Of a stretch of 64,000 bases of DNA, positions 38,601 to 48,262 are shown one piece after another (position 1 is the stretch's first letter; every line of letters starts with the position of its first letter). Location of the stretch: assembly GCA_951813535.1 (NCBI GenBank), contig OX638345.1:2823158-2887157 (forward strand). Reading direction: 5' to 3'. This DNA is from an uncultured Dehalococcoidia bacterium (GTDB lineage: Bacteria > Chloroflexota > Dehalococcoidia > Lucifugimonadales > UBA3495). The notes below the pieces were generated by a model, which saw only the letters and a program-made list of their open reading frames with translations, was not told the DNA's origin and made no database searches. Made by a program: the position numbers and the translations under genes.

Positions 38601-38858
38601 ATCGGGCAGTCCGGAAATCGCTTCCTCAACTTTTGTGGTCACATCTATGGCGACGGTGTTGGGATCGCCCTGCTGATAGTTTGTAGCCACGTAGATGATC
38701 GAGAAACTGATTTCGGGGAAGAGTTCCTGCTGGACCTGACTGTACGAAAACACGCCGGCCGCCAGCAGCAATACCATCGCCATGATAGTTACCGGCTTGC
38801 GCCGGAGAGCCAACGAAGTCAGGAAAGTCAAAGCCGCACCGCGAAGAAATACGTGCAA
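35610..38858 (-). CDS. RND efflux permease (AcrB/HAE family)
   Basis: 1082 aa with ALRRKPVT N-terminus, two large extracytoplasmic domains and 12 TM segments. TTG start. Confidence 0.92.
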   Translation of the reverse strand: MHVFLRGAALTFLTSLALRRKPVTIMAMVLLLAAGVFSYSQVQQELFPEISFSIIYVATNYQQGDPNTVAIDVTTKVEEAISGLPDLEKTTSISTPTMSLVTANFTPGADVESAEEEIRSRVNGLQLREEAGDPYVLRLTSDIFPIMWLSVSGERDIPDLQRIVDDEILPRLEAVDGVYDVNVEGGVEERVSVVVDPVRSDEHGLSIQDVVNAVSGNSVDLNAGSLDNGDRSLGLRTYRGYGDLDSIRDLPVDYRRATLSTVGAPSTDDGGTPIILDDVATVRVDTPNAATVSRTNGQPSISLQVLQLPDGNTIEVTRELAGVIEGLQLPPDVRVDVLYNDGPELEEQLTSVVGQGGLGFVIAVIAIFLFLLQLRPTAIRGILQTLRPTVIIAISIPLSIMITILVMAVMDWTLNFMSLAGLAIAVGRIVDDSIVVLENIYRHVQAGAARHLMQGPEFTAYRMAPLGDDPGLTAAIRGTREVGPAILASTLTTVAVFLPLGFIPGIVGEFFLPFAQTVCVSLLASTFIALTAVPVLASLLLRAGDMADEDDSVSQDTWLQRIYTPVLTWALNHPLITVLGCIAAVGATLPLIFVLPITLFSSGEAQSMRIDVTMPENTGATAIHREVREIETILDGYVDTGYIASYQATLGSTSQDFGPAVGESGYDVAGFFIALSETAPTDFDSQLRADFPTKDGVDVQLFVDSAGPPQAGIEMAVIGSDYSQVRRVSQGLVDRIEPLEGVVNLKTNLSDNSEELTFEVDASEARRYGLTASAVAAQVRTWVYGVDAANVNLLGETYDVVVRGPAERVDDVSELQNLSIGGPLGTATLGSITEAKRTVGPSLVTHYDSDRSVTITGEFLGNDPQAISARIDRIVENTDLPAGVEIRQGGFASDIQEQFNNVYLAMLIGLALVYLVMVATLGSLRDPFIVVLSMPMAVVGALIALTITGRALSLPSLMGFLFLIGIVVTNAIVLITFVSQLRSQGLGALDAMILSGRTRLRPILMTAFTTILALFPLAFSDTSGLVGAELATVVIGGLISSTFLTLVAVPVTYMLLHDAIPKAWISVFRRITRRPVAQHDPS

Positions 38859-39020
38859 TCGAGCCCCGTCTGCTTCATCGAGTCAGACGGTAAGCGCTGG
38901 ACGCCGATTAAGAATCATACCAGACCTGCAATTGTCGATCGGTAGGTGGACGACCGGCGCGTTGCCCACGGTCCGATCCGTGTGTACACTGCCGGAAGTT
39001 TTTGCGTTGAGGAGCACAAT

Positions 39021-40067
39021 ATGGATTTCGCCTTGTTTTCCCATATACCCTGGCCGGAAGAACATACGCCGCGAGCGCTCTTTTCGGATTTGTTAGAGCA
39101 GGCCGTGGCCGGCGAGGAAATGGGTTTCAAGGCTATCTGGTTGGCCGAGCATCATTTCACCCGCTACGGCTTGGGGGCCTCCTCGCTGGTGATCGCCAGC
39201 AATATCGCGGCCCGGACCGATAGAATACGGCTCGGGACTGCGGTTCTGATACCGCCCCTGCATCACCCGGTACGGCTGGCGGAAGACACCGCTACGCTGG
39301 ATATCCTGAGCGATGGCCGGCTGGACGTCGGGTTCGGGCGAGGCGCCTCGAGTTCAGAGTACGGCAACTTTGGCGTAGACCACGCCGAGAGCCAGGCTCG
39401 CTACCGCGAGACTATCGAGATGGTGGAAACCCTCTGGACGACTCGCGACTGCACTTTCGAGGGCGAGTACTACGCTACGGAGCGCCTCAACCTGGTGCCC
39501 ACGCCCTTGCAACGACCGCACCCGCCGGTCTATGTGGCGGCAACACGCAGCGCCGAGTCGCTGGAATTCGTATCTTCCACCGGAAGACGGCTGATTATTG
39601 GCGTCGTCCTCAACACAGACGACGCCATGGAATTGCTGCAGCGTTTCCTGACGCAGGCTCAGGCCAGCGGCCACGCTGCGACAGCTTCAGACGTCCCATT
39701 CTTTCGCTATTTTTACGTGGCTGAAACTGAAGAACAGGCCCACCGCGACGCCCGCGACGCCCTGAACTGGACGTTGGACATCAATACGTGGAGGCGCGAG
39801 TTTTCGGTTGGGAGCGAGGTATACGACAGCATCCAGGATTACCGTGAACGCAGGACAGAATTGCCGCCTTCCTACGAGTATCTGGCCGAGCACCGGGCAT
39901 TCATCGGCACCCCGGATCAGTGCGCCGCCAAGATACAGGCCCTTCATGACGCCGGGGTTCGCTACTTCGGCTGCAATTTCGCTTTCGGAGGCTTGGATCA
40001 GAAAAAGCAGTTGCGCTCGATGGAACTTTTCGCGCGGGAAGTGATGCCTAGATTCGTCGACCAGTAG
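39021..40067 (+). CDS. LLM-class flavin-dependent oxidoreductase
   Basis: GFKAIWLAEHHF and LDILSDGRLDVGFGRG motifs. ATG at 39021 follows GAGGAG. Confidence 0.88.
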   Translation: MDFALFSHIPWPEEHTPRALFSDLLEQAVAGEEMGFKAIWLAEHHFTRYGLGASSLVIASNIAARTDRIRLGTAVLIPPLHHPVRLAEDTATLDILSDGRLDVGFGRGASSSEYGNFGVDHAESQARYRETIEMVETLWTTRDCTFEGEYYATERLNLVPTPLQRPHPPVYVAATRSAESLEFVSSTGRRLIIGVVLNTDDAMELLQRFLTQAQASGHAATASDVPFFRYFYVAETEEQAHRDARDALNWTLDINTWRREFSVGSEVYDSIQDYRERRTELPPSYEYLAEHRAFIGTPDQCAAKIQALHDAGVRYFGCNFAFGGLDQKKQLRSMELFAREVMPRFVDQ

Positions 40068-40077
40068 ACTGTGCGGG

Positions 40078-41748
40078 TTAGTCGTTGCCGGCCGGTCTGG
40101 GTTGCGGCTCGGCGGCGACCGGGGATTTCGGCAGGCCGGCGCGATTGCTGATCGCTCTGTACAGGGAGATCGCGGCTCCCGTTGCAAGCGCTGCGCCCAA
40201 CATGAGAAACGCCCAACGCAGTCCGGCGACAAAGGCAGTGGCCACCTCGGGATTGACCGCGTCCAGCTTGGGCTCCACGCCGTAGGTAGCCATCGTGGAC
40301 ACCACGATGGTGGTCGAAACGGCCACGCTCACCACGTTCGCCGAATTCCTCACGAGTTGAGTCAGGGCAGAAACCACCCCGTAGCGGCTGCGTTCCACCA
40401 CGCTCAGAATACTGCTGCTGTTGGGTGAGTTGAATATCCCATTGCCGGAACTCTGCATCATCATGGTCGCGATCACCAGCCAAACCGGGGAACGCTCCTG
40501 CAAAGCGAGCGCTAGCACGAAGGCTCCGGCCGCGGTCAACGCCATCCCGCATACCGTCGGAATTCGCCATCCAAAACGATCGGCCAACCGTCCACTGAAC
40601 GGCCCGATGAGTACCATGCAAATCGCTGGCGGGATCATCATTAATCCCACTTCCTCCGGGGAGTACTCCAACACGCGTTGCAGGTAGAAGGGCATCATGA
40701 AACGGGCTGCTGACGATCCGAAAAAGGAAAGCCATGCCGCCGCGACGCCCAGGCCAAATATCTGGTTGGCGAAGAGACGCAAGTCCAGCATGGGCGTCCG
40801 AATCCGCAATTCCCACCAAATGAATGCAGCCGTCAGGACGGCCACGCCGACTCCACCTACGATCACCGGTGTGGATAGCCAACCCAGTCCGTTTCCGTTG
40901 CCTACCACCAGCAAGAGAACCAGGAGTATTACTCCGGAAACAGCGGCGCCGGCCCAGTCGAAAGAGGAAGCGCTTTGTCCTTGGCGATACTGACCTGCTC
41001 CCGGGCCTCGCTCCAGCAAGAACCATGAAAGCACCAGCACCAGGCTTCCCGCCGGCACGTTGATCAAGAACACCGATTGCCACCCCAGCCACGCCACCAG
41101 GAAACCACCCACCGCCGGCCCGACGATAGCGCCCATTCCGACCACGCTGAGGTGTGTGCCTAGAGCTTTTCCTCGCTCGGAATCGGGAAATGCCGCGATC
41201 ATCATGCCCATGCCGCAGCCCTGCACCATTCCGGCCCCAACGCCCTTCAGGACACGCATCGCAATCAGGACCTCGAGGCTCGTGGAAAGCGCCGCGCCCA
41301 ACGAGGCCAATACGAAAATGGCCGTCCCGGTCAGGTACACCCTGCGCCGCCCAATCACATCGCCCAGTCGTCCCATGGGCAGCAGCAGCACGCTGATCAC
41401 CAGGGCGTATGCGACGACCACCCATTGCACCGACTCCAACGAGGCGTCGAAATGGGATTCGATTCCGGGCAGGGCAACAAGCACGCTGCCATGGTCGACC
41501 ACCGAGAAAAATGTGCCGGTGGCTATGGTCCAGAATGCCCACCACTTGTAGGACTGACCGGACGTAATGCGTTGGATCAAATTTGTGACCGCCTGCCGCG
41601 GGTCGTGCCGGAGAATAACCTGTCTATCATACTCCTTTTCGAAAGTTGACGCGGTAATACCATCAAGGACACCGATATTAGTCCAGGCGGCGCACGCGAC
41701 CCAGGAAAGCCCAGCATATCCCCGACGCGCCCAGACCCAGCGCGGCAA
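40078..41748 (-). CDS. MFS transporter, DHA2/EmrB-like (14-TMS type)
   Basis: GRLGDVIGRRRVYL loop motif and about 14 hydrophobic segments. Start uncertain: the longest ORF (41748) overlaps the upstream gene by 71 nt, and TTG at 41580 (LIQRITSGQSYKWW...) is an alternative. Confidence 0.82.
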   Translation of the reverse strand: MPRWVWARRGYAGLSWVACAAWTNIGVLDGITASTFEKEYDRQVILRHDPRQAVTNLIQRITSGQSYKWWAFWTIATGTFFSVVDHGSVLVALPGIESHFDASLESVQWVVVAYALVISVLLLPMGRLGDVIGRRRVYLTGTAIFVLASLGAALSTSLEVLIAMRVLKGVGAGMVQGCGMGMMIAAFPDSERGKALGTHLSVVGMGAIVGPAVGGFLVAWLGWQSVFLINVPAGSLVLVLSWFLLERGPGAGQYRQGQSASSFDWAGAAVSGVILLVLLLVVGNGNGLGWLSTPVIVGGVGVAVLTAAFIWWELRIRTPMLDLRLFANQIFGLGVAAAWLSFFGSSAARFMMPFYLQRVLEYSPEEVGLMMIPPAICMVLIGPFSGRLADRFGWRIPTVCGMALTAAGAFVLALALQERSPVWLVIATMMMQSSGNGIFNSPNSSSILSVVERSRYGVVSALTQLVRNSANVVSVAVSTTIVVSTMATYGVEPKLDAVNPEVATAFVAGLRWAFLMLGAALATGAAISLYRAISNRAGLPKSPVAAEPQPRPAGND

Positions 41749-42928
41749 TTATCGCCATGGCCGTGGACGGCGACGTCACGTCGGAGAGTATGCCCACGCC
41801 GAGGCTGGCCAGGACCAGGAACCCCCGATCGAAGCTTTGCAAGCTGGTCATCCGCCCGCGCAGGCTGTCGGGCGCCAGCGTCTGGATCAACGTGCCCCGC
41901 GCAGTTCGGAAAACCGCCTGGCTGAACGCCATCGCCGCAATGAACACGAATGCCAGCGCCATCCACTTGGCAAACGCGAAAAACAGCAACGTGACCGAAC
42001 TGGCGACTGCTGCGCCCAGGACAACTTTCCCTTCGGGGAAAATAAATCCGAACGACGCCATGATCAGCGCGGCCAGCAGGCCGCCGACTCCGGTCACCGC
42101 CAGCAGATAACCGCCCACGTCCGCGTCCCGCTTCAACACTTCGGTGGTAAACACAGGAAACAGGAACCATGCGGGGTGCAGGATGATATTGGGGATGATC
42201 GACAATATCATCATTTGGAAAAAGGCTCGCTCTCCGCTCCAAACATAGCGCAACCCCTCGATCATGTTGGAAAACGCGGAACCCCGCTGGCGAGCATCTC
42301 CTAGTCGATGAAAAGGAGTGCGCACTCGGAAGATCATCGCGACATTCACCAGGTAGAGGCAGGCCTCAATGGTGAAGTTCCAGAAGAACCCCAGTGTGAA
42401 GATCAGGATCCCTCCGACGAACGGACCAACGATGCGCGTGCCGGTGATGGTCAACACATTGGTCGCCAGAGCGTTGCCCAGCATGTTCCTCGGCACGGTT
42501 CCGGCGATCAACGCCTGGCGCATTGGCTGCACCGTGGAATGACAGCATCCCGCGAGGATCACATACAGGTAGGCGTGCCACACCTGCACCTTTCCGGACA
42601 AGATCAATAAGGCAAAGGAAAGGGCCAGCGCCGCCATCACGGTTTGGAGGACAATCACCAGCCTGCGCCGGTCGAACCTGTCGCTCAGCACACCACCCCA
42701 GGGTCCGACAATCAGCCCGGGCAGCGTGTTGATCCCGCCTACCGTCACGACCAATAGACCAGCGATGTTTGAGCCTTCGGATAACTCGCGCACCAGCCAG
42801 CCCACGCTCAGAAGCTGAAGCCACTGCGCGTTGTTGGCAAAGAAATTACCGAACCATAGATAGCGGAAGTCCCGGTAGGCCAACCAGGCGTCCAGAGTGT
42901 GCAGCCGGGGCAGCCGCGCAGATCGCAA
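41678..42928 (-). CDS. MFS transporter (MFS_3/EntS-like)
   Basis: YRDFRYLWFGNFF and GVLSDRFDRRRL motifs. TTG start follows GAGGGA. Confidence 0.84.
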   Translation of the reverse strand: MRSARLPRLHTLDAWLAYRDFRYLWFGNFFANNAQWLQLLSVGWLVRELSEGSNIAGLLVVTVGGINTLPGLIVGPWGGVLSDRFDRRRLVIVLQTVMAALALSFALLILSGKVQVWHAYLYVILAGCCHSTVQPMRQALIAGTVPRNMLGNALATNVLTITGTRIVGPFVGGILIFTLGFFWNFTIEACLYLVNVAMIFRVRTPFHRLGDARQRGSAFSNMIEGLRYVWSGERAFFQMMILSIIPNIILHPAWFLFPVFTTEVLKRDADVGGYLLAVTGVGGLLAALIMASFGFIFPEGKVVLGAAVASSVTLLFFAFAKWMALAFVFIAAMAFSQAVFRTARGTLIQTLAPDSLRGRMTSLQSFDRGFLVLASLGVGILSDVTSPSTAMAIIAALGLGASGICWAFLGRVRRLD

Positions 42929-42949
42929 AACGTGTCCCTCTGTGGCCGC

Positions 42950-44206
42950 CTATCGCAGCGCCCGTACTCGCCGCAGCGTCGCAAAACATCCAAGGGTGAC
43001 TGTAAGACCCAGACAGCCCAGGGCTAATATCGCCATCGAGGCGGATGTGAAGTCGGCGAAAATGCCCACGAGCACGCTCACACCGACCAGGAAAGAGCGC
43101 TCGTAGGCCAACAGGGCCATGGTGCGCGCGCGGAACCGGTCGGGCACTATGGTCAGGACCAACGTCCCCTGAGTGGTTCGGAAGTAAGCCTGGAAAAACG
43201 ACTGGGCAGCCAGCACGGTGAAAGCCGCCGGAAGCCATGACGAGAAGGCGAACAGCATAGTGGCGATTGAAGAGAGCGCCGCCGCTCCAAACAGGATGTA
43301 ACCGCGCCGGAAGGGGAGGCCCCAAGTGGCGATGGTCAGGGTTGACAGCAAGCCACCCAGTCCGGTTATTGCCAGCAGGTAACCGCCCATGTTGACGTGG
43401 GCCTGCAGCACTTCCACTGTGAACAACGGAAGCAGAAACCAAACAGGGTGCAGGATGGTATTCGGAATTACGGACAGCACGGCTATTTCCAAAACTTCGC
43501 GCTGGTTCCGCCATAGGTGGACGAGGCCGTCCTTGATGTCTCCCAGCGGGGTGAAACGCCGTTGATCCTCCGCGGGTTCAGTCCCGGTGTGCGGTGTCCG
43601 CATGGGCAGTAACATCAAAACGACACCCAGGTACAGCGCCGCTTCCAAGGCAAAGTTCCAGAAATACCCCAGGGTGAATATGAGGAGTCCGCCGACGAAG
43701 GGACCGAAAATCCGAGTTCCGGTGACGGTAAGCGTGTTGATCGCGTAGGCGTTGACCAGCGCATCCCGAGGTACGGTGTTAGAAATCAGCACCTGCTGCA
43801 ACGGTTGGGTGATGGCGAGGCAAGAACCGGAAATCAGAACGTAAGCGTAGGCGTGCCAGGCACGCACGTAATCGGTGGCGACCAGGAAAGCGAAGCCTAA
43901 AGCCAACACGGCGCTGACAGATTGCAGTGCGATCGCCAGCTTGCGACGGTCCAGGCGGTCGCCCAGCACTCCGGTTATGGGGTTGATCAGCAGTCCGGGT
44001 AGCGTGTTGATCGCGCTGACCGACAGTACCAACAAACCGCCAATCCCGGAGCCGACAGATAGATCCTTGACCAGCCATCCGATGCTCAGGAGTTGCAGCC
44101 ATTGGCCCGTGAACCCACAAAAATTGGCCAGCCACAACAGCCGGAAGTCCCGGTAGGCCAGCCAAGCGTCCAGGGTATGCAGACGCGGAAGTCTTAGCGA
44201 CGGAAT
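42950..44206 (-). CDS. MFS transporter (MFS_3/EntS-like), tandem paralog, probable non-canonical ATT start
   Basis: The track ORF starts at TTG 44137. The 23 upstream in-frame codons (IPSLRLPRLHTLDAWLAYRDFRL) align with the paralog N-terminus (MRSARLPRLHTLDAWLAYRDFRY). GAGAGAG lies 7 nt before ATT 44206. Confidence 0.75.
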   Translation of the reverse strand: MPSLRLPRLHTLDAWLAYRDFRLLWLANFCGFTGQWLQLLSIGWLVKDLSVGSGIGGLLVLSVSAINTLPGLLINPITGVLGDRLDRRKLAIALQSVSAVLALGFAFLVATDYVRAWHAYAYVLISGSCLAITQPLQQVLISNTVPRDALVNAYAINTLTVTGTRIFGPFVGGLLIFTLGYFWNFALEAALYLGVVLMLLPMRTPHTGTEPAEDQRRFTPLGDIKDGLVHLWRNQREVLEIAVLSVIPNTILHPVWFLLPLFTVEVLQAHVNMGGYLLAITGLGGLLSTLTIATWGLPFRRGYILFGAAALSSIATMLFAFSSWLPAAFTVLAAQSFFQAYFRTTQGTLVLTIVPDRFRARTMALLAYERSFLVGVSVLVGIFADFTSASMAILALGCLGLTVTLGCFATLRRVRALR

Positions 44207-44488
44207 GATCAGGCTCTCTCGGTATCTACAATTGGGTCGCGCCTACACAATGCCGTCAGGCGGGGCGGGCCAAAACATGGTGCGCCCCGCCCGAATGGTT
44301 GTCAATACAACTGCTCCCAAGCTGCGATTTTGAGCATGTAACTGGCCAGGATGCCGTTCCGGTCGCCGCCCGCCGCTATGATATGATGGCGTGCGATCTG
44401 CCAAATTTGGGCTTGACCGGCGATTGTCTCGTCATTCGCAAATCGGAAAGCCTATCCAAATCAGATGCGAAACCTCCCAGGTAAAGAA

Positions 44489-45898
44489 ATGCAAATCGAA
44501 TCCGAGCGCGCTTTGATGGCCCACCTACTCCGTCGAGCCGGTTTCGGCGCCACGCCGGCGGAACTCGATACCTATTGTGAATGGGGTTACGAGGGGACGG
44601 TTGAGTGGCTGTTGTATCCGGAGGCCCAGCCCGCACTCGAAGAAGACATCATCGAGCGGTATTACATCGACTGGAAGGAAAGCCGCAACATTGAGGGTGC
44701 GCTGACCGAAACGGTTTACCGCATGAACGGTAACGCCGGCGTCAGGCCCCTCCAGGAGAAAATCGCCCTTTTTTGGCACGGAGTATTCGCAACCGGTCTG
44801 GCGAAAGTGCTGCACGAAAAAACGATGCTCAACCAGATCGACCTGTTTCGTCAATACGGTCTGGGCAGCTTCCAGGAACTGTTGCGCCAACTGGCCCGCG
44901 ATCCGGCGATGATTTTCTGGCTGGACAACAATTTCAACCACAAAAGCGCGATTAACGAAAACTGGGGCCGGGAACTGCTGGAGTTGTTCTCAATGGGCGT
45001 GGGCATGAACGGACATGCCAACTACACCGAAGACGACGTACAGGAGGCCGCCCGAGCATTCACAGGGTGGACGATTGACGACGACAACGTGGCCAGCATC
45101 CCGTACGGCAAAACGCCGTGGCGTTTCCGATATGATCCAGAAGATCATGACGACGGAACGAAAACGTTCCTCGGAGAAACGGGTAATTTTGACGGCGACG
45201 ACATCGTCAAGATCGTTTGTCGACAACCCTCGACCGCGAGGTTCGTCAGTCGACACCTTTACAACTTCTTCGTAGCGGACGACGTGCAGGTGCCGGCCTG
45301 GCAGGACACGCCCCCGGCAGATCCTCGGGCTATAGCCCTCCTTGAAGAGGAGTATTTCCGATCAGGCTACGACATCCGATCCATGCTCCGCCTGATGTTC
45401 TATTCAGATTTCTTCAAGTCGGAGGGAGTACGATTTGCCAGGGTCAAGAGCCCTGCCGAGGTGGTCGTGGGGACGTTGCACCTTGTAGGCGATTTCAAAT
45501 TTCCCAGGGTAGGCTTCATGGATACGGCGCTGGAGTGTCGTTATATGAACCAGGACCTGCTGAATCCGCCGTCGGTGGAAGGTTGGCATACCGGCAAAGA
45601 GTGGATCGACAGCGGCAGCATGGTGGAGCGTATCAATTTCGTGGCAGACAATTTGGGCGATTCGGACCACCCCGGAGTACGATCGATTGTCGAGACGCTC
45701 ATGTCCCGGCGCCCGGACGCCACAAAAATCGTCGATGGGTGCCTGGAGTTGCTGGGCAGCGTCGCGCTCAGGGAAGACAACCGGAGCGCATTGGTCGCTC
45801 AAGCGGAGCAAGCGCTGGACGCAGGCGCCGGCACAGAGGCGGTCATCTTGAACGCCCTGCGAATGATCGGATCGACGCGAGAATACCAATTTGCGTAG
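44489..45898 (+). CDS. DUF1800 domain-containing protein
   Basis: HLLRRAGFGATPAEL, FWHGVF, MIFWLDN and NENWGRELLELFSMG motifs. Confidence 0.84.
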   Translation: MQIESERALMAHLLRRAGFGATPAELDTYCEWGYEGTVEWLLYPEAQPALEEDIIERYYIDWKESRNIEGALTETVYRMNGNAGVRPLQEKIALFWHGVFATGLAKVLHEKTMLNQIDLFRQYGLGSFQELLRQLARDPAMIFWLDNNFNHKSAINENWGRELLELFSMGVGMNGHANYTEDDVQEAARAFTGWTIDDDNVASIPYGKTPWRFRYDPEDHDDGTKTFLGETGNFDGDDIVKIVCRQPSTARFVSRHLYNFFVADDVQVPAWQDTPPADPRAIALLEEEYFRSGYDIRSMLRLMFYSDFFKSEGVRFARVKSPAEVVVGTLHLVGDFKFPRVGFMDTALECRYMNQDLLNPPSVEGWHTGKEWIDSGSMVERINFVADNLGDSDHPGVRSIVETLMSRRPDATKIVDGCLELLGSVALREDNRSALVAQAEQALDAGAGTEAVILNALRMIGSTREYQFA

Positions 45899-46043
45899 TT
45901 GGTGTCGTTGAAACGCCGCGCGGGTTTGCCGAGCTGGAAATCTACAGATCAGCGGATGGGCGGCGCGAGCGAATTCACCAGATCGGGAATGGGTTCCTTT
46001 GAGTATCAGATTAGAACCAGTGCCCACTGCCGCTCGGCGTTGC

Positions 46044-47207
46044 ATGTCTGATGGCCAACTGGCGTTGGTCGACGCGGCCGACCAACTGGCGCGGGAACGC
46101 TTTGCCACGCGTGCCGCACACTATGATGCCGAGGCAGAGTTCCCCATCGAGAACTTTGTCGACCTGCGCGAAGCTGGTTTACTGACCCTGCGCGTTCCCA
46201 CCGCGTACGGCGGCAGCGGTGTTGACCCGCTGACTTTCGCGATGTGCATCCTGACGGTGGCTCGCGGCTGCCCTTCGACGGCGCTGACCCTGACCATGCA
46301 TACCAATGTGCTGGGGTCGTTTGTCGCGGGGTTGGGCACCCTCGAGCAGCGGCGGCGGTACTTCGCCGAAGCGGTTGAATCGGGCAAGCTGTTCGCGTCG
46401 CTCACCAGCGAGCCGGGAGTGTCCGCGCGCGAAAGGTTCGTGCTATCCACGACTTTCGTACCACAAGACGGCGGCGGTTACCGAGTTTCCGGCACCAAGC
46501 ATTTCTGCTCTCTCGCTGATGCGGCCGACTATTTCTTCGTTTCCGGCGTGACGGAAGGGAGCGGGGGCGGCGCCGACAACATCCTGTCCGCAATGATCCG
46601 GAGCGACATGAGTGGCGTTCGAGTGACCGGAGAGTGGGATGCGGTTGGCATGAGGGCCACGGCTAGCCATTCGGTCAGCTTCGACACCGTGGCTCCACAT
46701 GATGCAGTATTCGGGCCAGCCGGTCGATTGCTCAGCGCCGACTGGGGCAGTTTTTCGTTAGGCTACGCCGCGGTTTACCTGGGCATTGCGGAGGCAGCGT
46801 ACAACCATATCCGGGAGTACGTCACAACGCGAGCGTGGACGCCCGGCGGAGAGCCGATGATCGGCCATCCGTCTACCCAGCAAACTGTTGGGCAGATGAG
46901 TGTATCCATCCAGTCAGGTCGGCTTTTGCTGATCGATGCCGCGCTGACGGACCGCGATACAGATCCAACGGGTGCCGTTCTGGCAGTGAATCGTGCCAAG
47001 CAGTACTGCGCCGAGGTAGGGACCTCGGTAACCGACGCAGCCATGCGGTTGGCCGGAGGCAGTGGGCTGCTCAAGTCCTCGCCGCTGGAGCGGTTGCGTC
47101 GGGATGCGTTGTCGGGGCCGGTGATGCCTCCAGCCAACGAACGCTGCCTTGAAACCATTGGCAAATTGGAATGCGGGTTGCCCGCGGTGACGATCGAACT
47201 GGGCTAG
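46044..47207 (+). CDS. acyl-CoA dehydrogenase family protein
   Basis: ACAD layout (FPIENFVDLREAGLL, SEPG, GTKHFCS, RLAGGSG). ATG 46044 is preferred over TTG 45999. Confidence 0.86.
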   Translation: MSDGQLALVDAADQLARERFATRAAHYDAEAEFPIENFVDLREAGLLTLRVPTAYGGSGVDPLTFAMCILTVARGCPSTALTLTMHTNVLGSFVAGLGTLEQRRRYFAEAVESGKLFASLTSEPGVSARERFVLSTTFVPQDGGGYRVSGTKHFCSLADAADYFFVSGVTEGSGGGADNILSAMIRSDMSGVRVTGEWDAVGMRATASHSVSFDTVAPHDAVFGPAGRLLSADWGSFSLGYAAVYLGIAEAAYNHIREYVTTRAWTPGGEPMIGHPSTQQTVGQMSVSIQSGRLLLIDAALTDRDTDPTGAVLAVNRAKQYCAEVGTSVTDAAMRLAGGSGLLKSSPLERLRRDALSGPVMPPANERCLETIGKLECGLPAVTIELG

Positions 47208-47216
47208 GCAACAGAG

Positions 47217-48203
47217 ATGACCACAGTCGTCGAATATCCGAATTCCGTGGCGGGCCTGTACCAGTACCACGACGTCATTGGCCTATTGTCGGCCGGCGGA
47301 CCGGGATTCAGCGGGCCGGTTTCGGTGGCGCTGGGACCGGATGGACTGCTGCACGTGGCCAGCCGGGCCAACCCAAACCAACCGGAAGCGGTTCGAGTTA
47401 CCAGGTGCAGTATTGAAGGCGACTACGTCGGGGAGTTTTGCGGGTGGGGCGATGCGCCTGGCCAGTTTATCTGGGTGACCGCCATCGCTTTTGGTCCGGA
47501 CGGCAGCCTTTACCTGGCGGACGAAAACACCCACCGGATTTCAAGGTTCACATCGGAGGGCGAGTTCCTGGGTTGTTGGGGCGAGTTCGGTGACGGCTTT
47601 GGCCAGATGAACCGGCCGTCCGGTATGGCGTTCGCTTCGGACGGTACGCTGGTGGTCGCAGATGCGCTCAACCATAGGATCCAAAGGTTCACCGCTGACG
47701 GGATCCCATTGGCCACCTGGGGAGAATACGGAGACGGACCTGGTCAGTTTAACATGCCCTGGGGCGTCTCTGTGGACTCTGGTGGAGCAGTGTACGTTTC
47801 CGACTGGCGCAACAATCGAGTCCAAAAATTCGAGGCTGATGGTCGGTTGATGGCCGAATTTGACGGTCGGGACGGAGGGGACGGATTTGCACGACCGAAC
47901 GGCATTGCGGTGGACGGCGAAGGCCGGATCTACGTTTGCGACTGGTGGAATGATCGAGTCCAGGTTTTGGACGCAGACGGACGAGTGATCGACACGCTGA
48001 TCGGCCACTCTGGAACCTCCAAGTGGGCCCGAACGTTCCTCGATGCCAATCCGGACATCGAGGAAAAGCTCAACAAAGCGACGCAAAACATTGAACTGAA
48101 GCGCCGATTCTACCGGCCCAGCGCCGTTGCCGTGAGCAAGGACGGGTTCGTGTTCGTCGCAGACTGCTATCGGCACCGAGTTCAGATCTATAGAGGGCTT
48201 TGA
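47217..48203 (+). CDS. NHL-repeat beta-propeller protein
   Basis: Six repeats ending in NHRISRF / NHRIQRF / NNRVQKF / NDRVQVL / RHRVQIY. Confidence 0.85.
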   Translation: MTTVVEYPNSVAGLYQYHDVIGLLSAGGPGFSGPVSVALGPDGLLHVASRANPNQPEAVRVTRCSIEGDYVGEFCGWGDAPGQFIWVTAIAFGPDGSLYLADENTHRISRFTSEGEFLGCWGEFGDGFGQMNRPSGMAFASDGTLVVADALNHRIQRFTADGIPLATWGEYGDGPGQFNMPWGVSVDSGGAVYVSDWRNNRVQKFEADGRLMAEFDGRDGGDGFARPNGIAVDGEGRIYVCDWWNDRVQVLDADGRVIDTLIGHSGTSKWARTFLDANPDIEEKLNKATQNIELKRRFYRPSAVAVSKDGFVFVADCYRHRVQIYRGL

Positions 48204-48262
48204 GAAGTGGTGGGACGATCAATTCCCCATCTTGACCTGCCCATTCGAACCCAGGAGGCACC

